Positions 1 through 7,740 of a stretch of DNA of 39,109 bases are shown one piece after another (position 1 is the first letter of the stretch; each line of letters begins with the position of its first letter). Under the pieces are notes generated by a model. That model did not search any database and was not told the origin of the DNA. It saw nothing but the letters and a program-made list of their open reading frames with translations. The position numbers and the translations under genes are program-made. Origin of the DNA: an uncultured archaeon (GTDB lineage Archaea; Halobacteriota; Archaeoglobi; Archaeoglobales; Archaeoglobaceae); the NCBI GenBank assembly GCA_964463575.1, contig CAYXCK010000001.1, positions 8,952-48,060 on the forward strand, read 5' to 3'.

Positions 1-254
1 AGGCAACAAAATAGTCCTGAAGGCCTTGGAGCGACTGGAAAAATCGATCTGAATTGTTTAATGCATCTTCCTCATCGACGGGGATAACATCCCACAATTT
101 GTCCAACGCATGGAAATGGCTGCGGAAAAAGGATTAAAAGAGGCTTTTCAAATGCAAAAAGTTAAGCAAAGTCTTCAACACAGATCTGGCAACTGCTTAC
201 AACATTCTCATAACCCCGAGTCCAGCGGATAGAGGTAATGGGGCCAGAGACTGA
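1..254 (+). pseudogene. Frame-broken 3' relic of an IS200/IS605-family tnpB (OrfB/TnpB) gene; the window starts inside it
   Basis: No intact ORF. Frame 1 (100-165) reads CPTHGNGCGKRIKRGFSNAKS*. Frame 3 (138-254) reads KRLFKCKKLSKVFNTDLATAYNILITPSPADRGNGARD*. Joined by one frameshift, these resemble the TnpB C-terminal zinc finger plus RuvC-III motif (C..C...C..C...[N/H]AD.NAA.NI). Stops at 135-137 and 163-165 break the frames. Related relics lie at 10045-10120 (+) and 30606-30689 (-). Confidence 0.4.
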
Positions 255-400
255 ATTAAATCCCAGAAAGAAGAGATACAATCCCAAACCTCTCCGAGTC
301 GGCGGGAACATTCGCGCTTTAGGGCGGAGAGGAAAGTCAGAGTCTTGGGAAGCTCTAGAAGGCAGAGAGTAATTGACTAAGCACATTAGCTAAAATTCTC
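205..400 (+). repeat. Copy A of an IS605 right-end / omega-RNA-like structured repeat
   Basis: Blocks ATAACCCCGAGTCC..GGTAATGGGGCC..CCCAAACCTCTCC..ATTCGCGCTTTAGGGCGGAGAGG recur, reverse-complemented, at 9716-9815 and 30497-30634. Contains the imperfect hairpin CGCGC-TTTA-GGGCG (313-326). It starts inside the tnpB relic, as omega-RNAs do. The alignment does not fix the right boundary (about 350-400). Confidence 0.45.
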
Positions 401-410
401 GGTCTTCTTG

Positions 411-1388
411 TCAAACATTTTTCTGACTTCCTTCCCGAGGTTTTCGGTTGTAAACTAAAGACTTGCAGTATTTAACTGCAACCTTTCCTGACAACTCTGA
501 GATTAACTTACACGTCTGACAAACGTTCTGAGAAGTCGGTTCTCTGCATATCTCGCATCTCTTCAGGTCTATCTGTGGATTCGTCATCTTTAGACAATCA
601 GATAATTTTTCAAGACTTCTTAGAATTGAAATCTTCCTACCTGGATGCTCTTTTTCGAACTCATAGATAAAGTCCCTTATTGGAGCTCTAATCGGCAACT
701 CGCTGTAGGGACATTCATCAAAAACGAGTTCGTAACCTTTCAGAAATCCATAAATGACGACTTCCTTCTCGTATACTTCCCTAAAAGGTTTTATTCTCAT
801 CACCAGACCTTCCTGCTCTCTTTGGGGGATTAACCTAGCAAGTCTGTCAATGTCGGCATTTATGAAGTTCATGAGTATCGTCTGCGCTTCATCATCGAGA
901 TTGTGAGCTGTAGCAAGCTTTGTTGCTGATAGTTCTCTTGCGGTCCTGTTCAGAAGATATTTCCTCATCACACCACAATACGTGCACGGAATTTTTTCTC
1001 CAACTCTCACCATTTCATCCAATGTTGTTCCGAAATTATCCTTGAAACTGACAACATAATGCTCGATTCCAAGTGCTTTTGTAACTTTTTCAGCAACTAT
1101 CAACGTCTTTTCTCTGTAGTTTGCAATTCCTTCATCGATTGTTATTGCGAAGAAGTCCAAGTCCCTTCTTCCCCCATACTGCTCTAGAAGGAAATTTGTT
1201 AGAGTTACACTATCTTTTCCCCCACTCAATGCAATGGCTATTACATCACCGCTTTTTATCATCTCATATTTCTTAATAACACTCCTAACTTTCTTTTCAA
1301 AGAAATTTATAAAATGTTTCTTGCAAAAATGTTTGCCGGAATAACGCTGAAAGTACACAGCATTTCTGTTGCAGTATGAACACTTCAT
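411..1388 (-). CDS. PP-loop tRNA 2-thiolation enzyme of the TtuA/NcsA(Ncs6)/TtcA family
   Basis: 325 aa. PP-loop motif ALSGGKDS. N-terminal CSYCN..HFCKKH and C-terminal CEICREPTSQNVCQTC zinc-finger cysteines, plus internal CTYCGVMRK. The start overlaps the stop of the upstream gene by 4 nt. Confidence 0.85.
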   Translation of the reverse strand: MKCSYCNRNAVYFQRYSGKHFCKKHFINFFEKKVRSVIKKYEMIKSGDVIAIALSGGKDSVTLTNFLLEQYGGRRDLDFFAITIDEGIANYREKTLIVAEKVTKALGIEHYVVSFKDNFGTTLDEMVRVGEKIPCTYCGVMRKYLLNRTARELSATKLATAHNLDDEAQTILMNFINADIDRLARLIPQREQEGLVMRIKPFREVYEKEVVIYGFLKGYELVFDECPYSELPIRAPIRDFIYEFEKEHPGRKISILRSLEKLSDCLKMTNPQIDLKRCEICREPTSQNVCQTCKLISELSGKVAVKYCKSLVYNRKPREGSQKNV

Positions 1389-2296
1389 GGTTTCAAACTT
1401 CTCCTGCTGTATACCAATCTCATTTCTTCAATTTCTGGAATCTCTAAAACTCTCTTTGCAAAGTTTTCTATCCTTTCCCTATCCACCGCATGAACCATAA
1501 AATAGACCGGATAGAACCACTTCTCACTAGGTATTCTTTCGATTAAATGAGTTATTTGAGGAAACGAAAGTAGCTTTTTCGCAACAGCTTCAGGATTTCC
1601 AGTCTTAAGAACGACCATACTGTTAAAGTTAAAACCGATTCCCCTCTCGCTCAGAACCCCGCTGAAATCTCTAACTACACCTTTTTTTATTAGCTCTCTT
1701 ATAAGATCAACTGAATACTCCTCATCCAATCTAAGATCTCTAAAGGGTCTTCTCGAAATTGGAAGGTTCTCCAATATTTTTATACCTTCATCTAGGCCCA
1801 ATTCGCTTAAACTTGCAACATTTTCAGGCTCTACTCCGTAACTCCAAGAAATGCCTTTTTGCAAATCGTACTTCACGTCCATTTTGTAAACTCTCTTTGT
1901 CGGCAAAAAAACAAAGTCCTCGGCTCCAAGCTCTTTCGCTAGTTTTTCGGCAATTTGCCTTACCTCTTCAACATTTCTTCCTTTTAAAGTAAACCAAACA
2001 TTAAACTCGGCATCTCTCAGGAAATTGTGCTTAACCCTCTCACCTAGCTCGTTTATTTTCCTAGCCTTTTCTTCAGAAATTTTGAAACCTATAAGCGAGG
2101 ATTGCCTGTAGTTTGGAAAAGCCCGGTAATTCATATTAGCCCCATATCTCTTTAGAATCCCCAAAGCCTTATATTCCCTGAGTTTTTTAATGACATCCTC
2201 GGGAGAGCTTCCCATTTCATCTGCGAGATCTTCTATTGGTGTTGTGGAAATGGGCATTTTGTACTGCACGGCCATGAGAAGTTCAGAATCCAGCAT
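1385..2296 (-). CDS. ahbAB: Fused siroheme decarboxylase AhbA/AhbB (NirD/L/G/H-like, two Lrp/AsnC-type modules)
   Basis: 303 aa with two tandem HTH-plus-ligand-domain halves (SPEDVIKKLREYKALGILKRYGA...NVWFTL and DLIRELIKKGVVRDFSGVL...VYFMVHA). Sits between sirC and the thiolase with 14-nt and 4-nt overlaps. Confidence 0.75.
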   Translation of the reverse strand: MLDSELLMAVQYKMPISTTPIEDLADEMGSSPEDVIKKLREYKALGILKRYGANMNYRAFPNYRQSSLIGFKISEEKARKINELGERVKHNFLRDAEFNVWFTLKGRNVEEVRQIAEKLAKELGAEDFVFLPTKRVYKMDVKYDLQKGISWSYGVEPENVASLSELGLDEGIKILENLPISRRPFRDLRLDEEYSVDLIRELIKKGVVRDFSGVLSERGIGFNFNSMVVLKTGNPEAVAKKLLSFPQITHLIERIPSEKWFYPVYFMVHAVDRERIENFAKRVLEIPEIEEMRLVYSRRSLKP

Positions 2297-2957
2297 CTTT
2301 GGACACCTTTTTCATTTCTTCATTTGCGATTCTCTCCAAAAGCTTCTTCGCCTCTTCAATTTTACCTTCCTCAGATAATCTCAGTATTTCCTCGCTAGCT
2401 GCTGCAATCGAATAAACACGCATCCTAACATTTATCGGGATACCAGTTTGTTTCATGTACTTTTTCAGATGGTCCATCACAGAAAGGTATGCAAATATCG
2501 TCTTGTCCTTTTCCAGCAAATCTTGGAACTTGTCTCTAACAAATCTTGCAACCACTCCACTTTTTCCTTCGGTTGTAACCGCAAACCTTATCCCATCCTT
2601 TCCCCCTTCAAAGGGAACCACAACTTCCGTCTCACTTGCATCGTTTGCAAGATTTAGCAGGAATTTGTGCTTCTTTGCAAGTTCCTTGAACTTTTCGTTG
2701 AAACCCTTATCTCCGATAGCAACGATGACGAGATCAAAAACCGAGAGTTCATCTCCAATGTCCTCAACCCTCTTTTCAACTAATCTAATTAAACCTCTCT
2801 TTTCAAGATCTCTTAACTCCTCAGAAAACTCCAAACTAAAAACTGTGACTTCGGCTCCTACTTCGAGAAATTTCTTTGCCCTCGAAGTTCCAACATTTCC
2901 ACCACCTATCACAGCGACTTTTTTTCCCGAAAATTCTATGAAGAGAGGTATCCTCAT
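2283..2957 (-). CDS. sirC: Precorrin-2 dehydrogenase / sirohydrochlorin ferrochelatase (SirC/Met8/CysG-N type)
   Basis: 224 aa. N-terminal Rossmann motif KKVAVIGGGNVGTSRAKKFLEVGAEVTV. Length and layout are typical of the siroheme synthase N-domain family. Confidence 0.8.
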   Translation of the reverse strand: MRIPLFIEFSGKKVAVIGGGNVGTSRAKKFLEVGAEVTVFSLEFSEELRDLEKRGLIRLVEKRVEDIGDELSVFDLVIVAIGDKGFNEKFKELAKKHKFLLNLANDASETEVVVPFEGGKDGIRFAVTTEGKSGVVARFVRDKFQDLLEKDKTIFAYLSVMDHLKKYMKQTGIPINVRMRVYSIAAASEEILRLSEEGKIEEAKKLLERIANEEMKKVSKDAGF

Positions 2958-3038
2958 TCAAAATCCAGCTTCGCAAGGAGATTTAACTCTATCGCCTTTT
3001 TTAAGAAAAAGAAATTTAAGCAACTGAAAACTTTTTTT

Positions 3039-3542
3039 ATGCACGTGCCATGGAGGCTTGTTGCTTCCTGGCACTGTGATGCATGCGGAGTTTGCTGCAA
3101 GAAATATAAAGTAAGGTTAAGAACTTACGAGTTCCTGAAGCTCAGAGAAACAGGTTTTGTAGAAGAAAAAGCGGGAAAATTCTATATAAAAAAATTAGGG
3201 AAATTCTGTCCGTTCCAAATCGACAACCTTTGTATACTTGGAAACTCAAAACCAATAGCTTGCAAACTTTATCCCTTCTCTATAACGAAGAAAGGTGAAG
3301 AAACAGCGAGTTTCGAATTTGAAGGAGAAGAATTTTTCGTTTACGTTGACACTTTTTGCAAAAATGTTATCCTCAAAAGCGATTTGAGACCCTCTGCAAT
3401 TGTTGAGAAAGAGATAATTGAAGCCTTTGAAATTCTAACTGGAAAGAAATCCGCTCCAAATTTGCTGACAGCTCAGATCAAATCAGCCCAAGAAACTCGA
3501 GGGCCTCAATTACTCCGTCCCCGTCGCTTGACGGTGTTATGA
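3039..3542 (+). CDS. YkgJ/UPF0153-family zinc/iron-chelating CxxCxxCC protein
   Basis: 167 aa with CDACGVCCKKY near the N-terminus and further Cys (FCPF, IACKLYPF). The last ~20 codons run antisense into the convergent HAD gene, so the C-terminal tail may not be conserved. Confidence 0.6.
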   Translation: MHVPWRLVASWHCDACGVCCKKYKVRLRTYEFLKLRETGFVEEKAGKFYIKKLGKFCPFQIDNLCILGNSKPIACKLYPFSITKKGEETASFEFEGEEFFVYVDTFCKNVILKSDLRPSAIVEKEIIEAFEILTGKKSAPNLLTAQIKSAQETRGPQLLRPRRLTVL

Positions 3543-4146
3543 GATCTGCAAGCTCTTTCAGCCTTTCACTTGCATTTGCAACTGCAATTTTGAAACCAGC
3601 GACCTCAAACATCTCCACATCATTATCTGAATCACCTATAACTGCAAAGTCCTTAACGTTCACACCAATTCGCTTTGCGATGAATTCCAAAGCTTTACCC
3701 TTGCTCACATTTACATCGGAAATATGGTAAGCGAAGCCGGAATCGAGTATTTTCACTCCATAGTTCCTTAGAATTTCTCTTGCCTTTTCGATATCAAATG
3801 TCCTTCGCATGCAGACCTCGGACTTTCTGTACTCAAAATCCAACAGCTCAATATTGAAGTGCTTTTTCAGCTCTTCAAGAGCTTTTATGCATTTTTCTTT
3901 GTTTCCAAGAACTAAATCTTCCCCATCATAGCTGAATCGAACAACTCCACCGTTTTCACAGATCACTATGTCTGAAACGCCTATTATCTTTGCAACAGCC
4001 TTTGCGAAACAGGGTGTGTTTCCGGTCGCGAGTATAACTGGGATTTTAAGCTTTCTTAAAGCCTCCACTGCTCTGCAGTTTATTGCCCTTCTTTTATCGG
4101 TCAGAGTCCCGTCTAAATCGATGGCTATAGCCTTTGGTACAAACAT
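3478..4146 (-). CDS. HAD-superfamily phosphatase, archaeal phosphoglycolate phosphatase / Cof (IIB) type
   Basis: 222 aa. HAD motif I AIDLDGTLTD, motif II ILATGN, motif IV VIGDSDNDVEMF. Confidence 0.8.
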   Translation of the reverse strand: MFVPKAIAIDLDGTLTDKRRAINCRAVEALRKLKIPVILATGNTPCFAKAVAKIIGVSDIVICENGGVVRFSYDGEDLVLGNKEKCIKALEELKKHFNIELLDFEYRKSEVCMRRTFDIEKAREILRNYGVKILDSGFAYHISDVNVSKGKALEFIAKRIGVNVKDFAVIGDSDNDVEMFEVAGFKIAVANASERLKELADLITPSSDGDGVIEALEFLGLI

Positions 4147-4148
4147 CC

Positions 4149-5252
4149 TCAGATCTCTTTCGTTCTTTTCAGTTCACCGCTCCTTTGGGCAAGCCACTTT
4201 ATAACTTCATCCCAGAGTGCCAGTCCTCTTCTAGAAACCACCAGACCTACATGGCCCACATCCGCCTTGAACACCGCCTTGTCCTTACTTCCCACGCAGT
4301 CAAGAAACTTCAGCGTGCAATCCGGTGGAGACAAGTGATCCCTCAAGCCAACTATCGCTGCTGCTGGCATCGTTATGCGCATCGGATCAACTCTCTTTCC
4401 ATATATGTAAAGCTTGCCTTCGGCCAGCGCGTTATTTTGATAAAGTTCCTTGATATATCTAACATAAGCACCGGGAGCAACGTTTACGCCGTCATGGATC
4501 CAGCGCTCCATTCTGAAGAAGTCATCTAGAAACTTCTCATCCTCTGCATTCAGGAACATGTTTATGTATTTCCCGACGTAGTTATCCCAGGGTTCTAGTA
4601 CTTTGAATCTCTCCGCCAAAAACCATGAAGGGACGTAGCCAAAGGGTGCGACAACTTCTTCAGGATCAAAGAAGCGCTTGTCAGATAGGTTTACAAGTCC
4701 CCCCATTTTCTTTTCAAAGTAGAGTGTTGAAGCTAAGAAAAGGATGTTCCTAACGTTCTCCGGATAAAGGGCAGTGTAAATAGCACTAAGCCCTCCGCCC
4801 ATGCAGTATCCAAGAATGGAAATCTTTTCCGATTCCGCATCGCTTTTAACATCTTCAATAAAATCGTAAAGAAAAATGTCTATGTAACTGTCCAAAGAGA
4901 ACTGATCTGCAATCGTTGCATCCCCCCACCTAACCAAGTAGACATTAAAACCTGCTTCAAGGAATTTCCTAATTACACTTCTTTCAGGCGTCAAATCGAG
5001 GATATATGGCTTGTTTATCAGGGCATAGACTATAAGCAAAGGTGTCTCGTATTGCTTGTCAGTTTTCGGTTCATAGCGGAAGAGCTTTACACCGTCATCA
5101 GAAGAAATCTCAACCCTAGGCGTAACGCCAATCTTCACATCGGGAATCAGATAGGGCTTGTCTTCAGTTATCGGTAGGAATTTGTTGTTTTTTAGGAACC
5201 ATTCCGAGAGCTTCAAAAATCTCCTGTAGTTCCTAAAAGCCTCATACAACAT
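4149..5252 (-). CDS. phaC: Class III poly(3-hydroxyalkanoate) synthase catalytic subunit PhaC
   Basis: Lipase-box GYCMGG, PLLIVYALINKPYILDL, FFRMERWIHD, RDHLSPPD and GHVGLVVS match the class III PhaC Cys-Asp-His layout. I prefer the ATG at 5252; the ORF track extends to a TTG at 5276. Overlaps the phaE stop by 11 nt. Confidence 0.88.
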   Translation of the reverse strand: MLYEAFRNYRRFLKLSEWFLKNNKFLPITEDKPYLIPDVKIGVTPRVEISSDDGVKLFRYEPKTDKQYETPLLIVYALINKPYILDLTPERSVIRKFLEAGFNVYLVRWGDATIADQFSLDSYIDIFLYDFIEDVKSDAESEKISILGYCMGGGLSAIYTALYPENVRNILFLASTLYFEKKMGGLVNLSDKRFFDPEEVVAPFGYVPSWFLAERFKVLEPWDNYVGKYINMFLNAEDEKFLDDFFRMERWIHDGVNVAPGAYVRYIKELYQNNALAEGKLYIYGKRVDPMRITMPAAAIVGLRDHLSPPDCTLKFLDCVGSKDKAVFKADVGHVGLVVSRRGLALWDEVIKWLAQRSGELKRTKEI

Positions 5253-5778
5253 TCGAACCACCCCTAATCTTCCCAAGCTCTTCCCTCAGCAATTTCAGCT
5301 CTTCCCTTATCTTCCTCGATTCCTTCTTTATATCCCCCTTCAAATCTACATAGGCTTCGGAGAGAGCAATAACATCCTTTCTCGATACCATGCCCATCGC
5401 ATGCAGAATTGCGCTCGTGAAGTTCTGCAAGTTTTGCAGGCTACGCAGGTAGACTCTATTTACTGTGTTAACAATTGCCGAAACTACGGCATTGTTCATA
5501 TATTCCGAGTAAATTGCTTCGATTCTCTCCATACCTCTGGAAATAGCTACTATCACCGCATCAGCATCGCCTTTCATCAAGGCTTGAGTCAGATCAATCA
5601 TAAGACCCCAATAGGCCCTATTTAGCTCAAAAAACAGCTTTGAAGTGCTTGAGTAGAATTCCTGTATCTCTTCTTCATCAAGCTCTTTATAGTAAGTCCT
5701 AGGATCCATTAGCGTTAGGAAAAATTCATTGAAAGTCTTTGCTGTTTTGAAGGCTTCTTCTAAAAGCCTTGCATCCAT
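5242..5778 (-). CDS. phaE: PHA synthase subunit PhaE (short, archaeal-type)
   Basis: 178 aa, helical, immediately upstream of and overlapping phaC. The C-terminal segment AMGMVSRKDVIALSEAYVDLKGDI..LKLLREEL resembles the conserved PhaE-box region. The call rests partly on context. Confidence 0.65.
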   Translation of the reverse strand: MDARLLEEAFKTAKTFNEFFLTLMDPRTYYKELDEEEIQEFYSSTSKLFFELNRAYWGLMIDLTQALMKGDADAVIVAISRGMERIEAIYSEYMNNAVVSAIVNTVNRVYLRSLQNLQNFTSAILHAMGMVSRKDVIALSEAYVDLKGDIKKESRKIREELKLLREELGKIRGGSNVV

Positions 5779-5798
5779 GCCTAATCTCTGCTTGAATG

Positions 5799-5807
5799 TT
5801 TAAATAT
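5799..5807 (-). promoter_or_regulatory. TATA-like box (TTTAAATAT) 21-29 nt upstream of the phaE ATG
   Basis: Only A/T-rich TATA-like element in the 72-nt divergent gap. The spacing implies a leaderless or very short-leader phaEC mRNA. Confidence 0.35.
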
Positions 5808-5850
5808 CTTTTGTTCGAAAAGTTCTTCAACAAACCCAAAAAATCTTCAT

Positions 5851-6555
5851 GTGTACGGAAAACACAGGCTAAGAGATCTAAAAATTTCCTTCCGCGGGGT
5901 TAGGATATGGAGCGAGTTTGACAACTTCTATAGATACAAAAGAATGCTTGAAGACTCCGAAGTTGAAAAGATACTTTTAAAAGACTCTGAAATAATAATA
6001 AATCCTATAGAACCCGTTAACTTGCCAAAAAGTATTACGAATTATCTCTTTATCCATTTTGATAAACCAGTTGTTGTTGAACCAAATTCAACAGCTGAAG
6101 TATTTGCGACTTTTCCAATTGAAATAGGTGTTTTCGTGAAAAAAGACGAGTCCCTAGAGGATATAGATATTTTCAGCTTTTTAAAACCGAAATATGCATT
6201 GTACGGAGATCCAAAAAACGGAAAAATCGCAAGATACTGGAAAACCCAAATTTTTGAAAGAATCCCCGAAGTTGATCCATTTGAAAAAGGTGTTATAAAG
6301 ATAAAGATAAGCAATCTTACAAATTCATGGTGCGAGGTTACGAGGGCCGTTTTTGATGTTTATAGCATGAAAATCTATTATAGCGAAAAAATAGTTTCCT
6401 CCATTGCTGAAATGAAGATATATTCTCGAAAAGTTGCAGAAACCAATTTCATCGATAGGCCGCTCTATGAAGGAATGGAAAAAGCTGTGGAGTTATACGT
6501 TGCAAGAAAGATCCCGATATTAGGTAAAGAGACGATAATGGAGTGGGGTTTCTAG
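5851..6555 (+). CDS. Conserved-looking hypothetical protein (234 aa, GTG start)
   Basis: Long ORF with normal composition, divergent from phaEC. I recognise no catalytic motif. It may belong to an archaeal DUF family, but I cannot assign one with confidence. Confidence 0.6.
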   Translation: MYGKHRLRDLKISFRGVRIWSEFDNFYRYKRMLEDSEVEKILLKDSEIIINPIEPVNLPKSITNYLFIHFDKPVVVEPNSTAEVFATFPIEIGVFVKKDESLEDIDIFSFLKPKYALYGDPKNGKIARYWKTQIFERIPEVDPFEKGVIKIKISNLTNSWCEVTRAVFDVYSMKIYYSEKIVSSIAEMKIYSRKVAETNFIDRPLYEGMEKAVELYVARKIPILGKETIMEWGF

Positions 6556-6634
6556 GAACTGGAACTGCTCTTTAGCGTAGCTTTATAAACTTAAACCTTA
6601 TAAATAACTTAGATGCCAAGTAAAGAAATGGGCC

Positions 6635-6883
6635 ATGCTGGAAAAATTAAAGTACATAAAAACCTTAGCGGAGGTTAGATACTCTGAGAGCGAGATCAGA
6701 AGACCTCTCGGCGAGCAGATGCCAAAGAGAAAAGCTATAAAGGAAAAAATTGTGGAGACTGTAAAAAATGCCCTCAGAGACTGTTCAGCTGACTGCGAGC
6801 TTCAGGCTTGGATCTCCATCCATTCACCCCGAAAGCTCCCCATGAAGTTGAAAAAGGATGAGAAATGCGAGGGGATAAGGTAA
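6635..6883 (+). CDS. Small hypothetical protein (82 aa, Lys/Glu-rich)
   Basis: ORF only. Preceded by TATA-like CTTTATAAAC / CTTATAAATA at about 6575-6600. No recognisable motif. Confidence 0.35.
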   Translation: MLEKLKYIKTLAEVRYSESEIRRPLGEQMPKRKAIKEKIVETVKNALRDCSADCELQAWISIHSPRKLPMKLKKDEKCEGIR

Positions 6884-6909
6884 GGAATGAAAGTTAACAC
6901 TGGACCGGA

Positions 6910-7740
6910 ATGGATATGATAGAATTAACGAATACAATAATAAAAGCCATGGACTTAACCCTATACGGCGAAGTTAAGATCAGAGATGTTATCTTTGTAT
7001 TTGTAGTGCTATCAATCGTTTTGATTACTGCAAAGTTTGTAACGATGAGTATAAGAAAATCCTTGGCCGACAAGTTAAAAAAGGATCAACTACAGCTCTT
7101 GTTAAAAATCGTCTATGCGATCTTCTTGCTAACTGGCATTGCGATCATAACTCCTATTCTGGGAGTAAATCTTACTGGCCTTCTTGTGGCTGGAGGTATA
7201 GTTGGTATAGCAATAGGTTTCGCTAGCCAGAGGGTCGTATCAAATTTTCTTTCCGGAATCTTCCTTCTTATCGAAAGACCCATAAAAATAGGAGACCAAA
7301 TAATAATGGGGAACATAGCGGGCTTCGTAGAGGATATGGGTATAATGTCCACAATTGTAAGAACATACGATGGTCTTTATGTGAGAATCCCAAATGAACA
7401 GCTCTTTTCTTCGAACATAACAAATCCCGTCGCAAATGTGGCTAGAAGATTTGAATACACGATAAGCATAAGCTATAGGAATGACGCCGAAAAAGCTATC
7501 AAGATAATAAAAGATGTGATAGAAACTCATCCCTTTGCTCTAAAGATTCCAGAACCGAGTGTATTTGTTGACAGCCTAGGGGACAGTGGAGTTAACATAA
7601 TAGCCAGAATCTGGGCACCATCGATTGTTTGGTTAGAAGTCAAGATGGAACTGCTATGGAAAATAAAGTATGAGCTTGAGAAAAATGGTATTGAAATCCC
7701 GTTTCCCCAAAGAGTTATATGGTTCGCAAAAACGAATTAG
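6910..7740 (+). CDS. mscS: Small-conductance mechanosensitive channel (MscS family)
   Basis: 276 aa with three N-terminal TM helices followed by LSGIFLLIERPIKIGDQI..GFVEDMGIMSTIVRTYDGLYVRIPNEQL, the MscS pore/beta-domain signature. Confidence 0.85.
   Translation: MDMIELTNTIIKAMDLTLYGEVKIRDVIFVFVVLSIVLITAKFVTMSIRKSLADKLKKDQLQLLLKIVYAIFLLTGIAIITPILGVNLTGLLVAGGIVGIAIGFASQRVVSNFLSGIFLLIERPIKIGDQIIMGNIAGFVEDMGIMSTIVRTYDGLYVRIPNEQLFSSNITNPVANVARRFEYTISISYRNDAEKAIKIIKDVIETHPFALKIPEPSVFVDSLGDSGVNIIARIWAPSIVWLEVKMELLWKIKYELEKNGIEIPFPQRVIWFAKTN

Noticed and set aside
162-386. 74-aa minus-strand ORF
   Set aside because: It lies entirely antisense to the tnpB relic / omega-RNA-like repeat A. It has an odd composition (Pro/Arg/Ser/Leu-rich) and no start context. 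It is most likely a chance ORF in non-coding DNA.
2455-3027. Long antisense ORFs (this 190-aa one; also 10139-10630, 22783-23253, 33310-33963, 37650-38408 and many 60-140-aa ones in the track)
   Set aside because: All lie opposite strongly supported genes (sirC, DUF22-like, larC, abcE1, leuB). They have low-complexity Ser/Thr/Phe/Leu-rich translations typical of shadow frames in an AT-leaning, Lys/Glu-rich genome.
3478-3542. 65-nt convergent overlap of the YkgJ-like and HAD genes as a possible antisense regulatory arrangement
   Set aside because: It is more simply explained by the YkgJ-like ORF running on until the first chance stop codon. The overlapping tail (..ETRGPQLLRPRRLTVL) looks non-conserved.
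6613-6678. 21-codon mini-ORF MPSKEMGHAGKIKVHKNLSGG ending in Gly-Gly
   Set aside because: It is far too short for a ubiquitin-like fold and overlaps the start of the 82-aa ORF in another frame. The terminal GG is probably coincidence.
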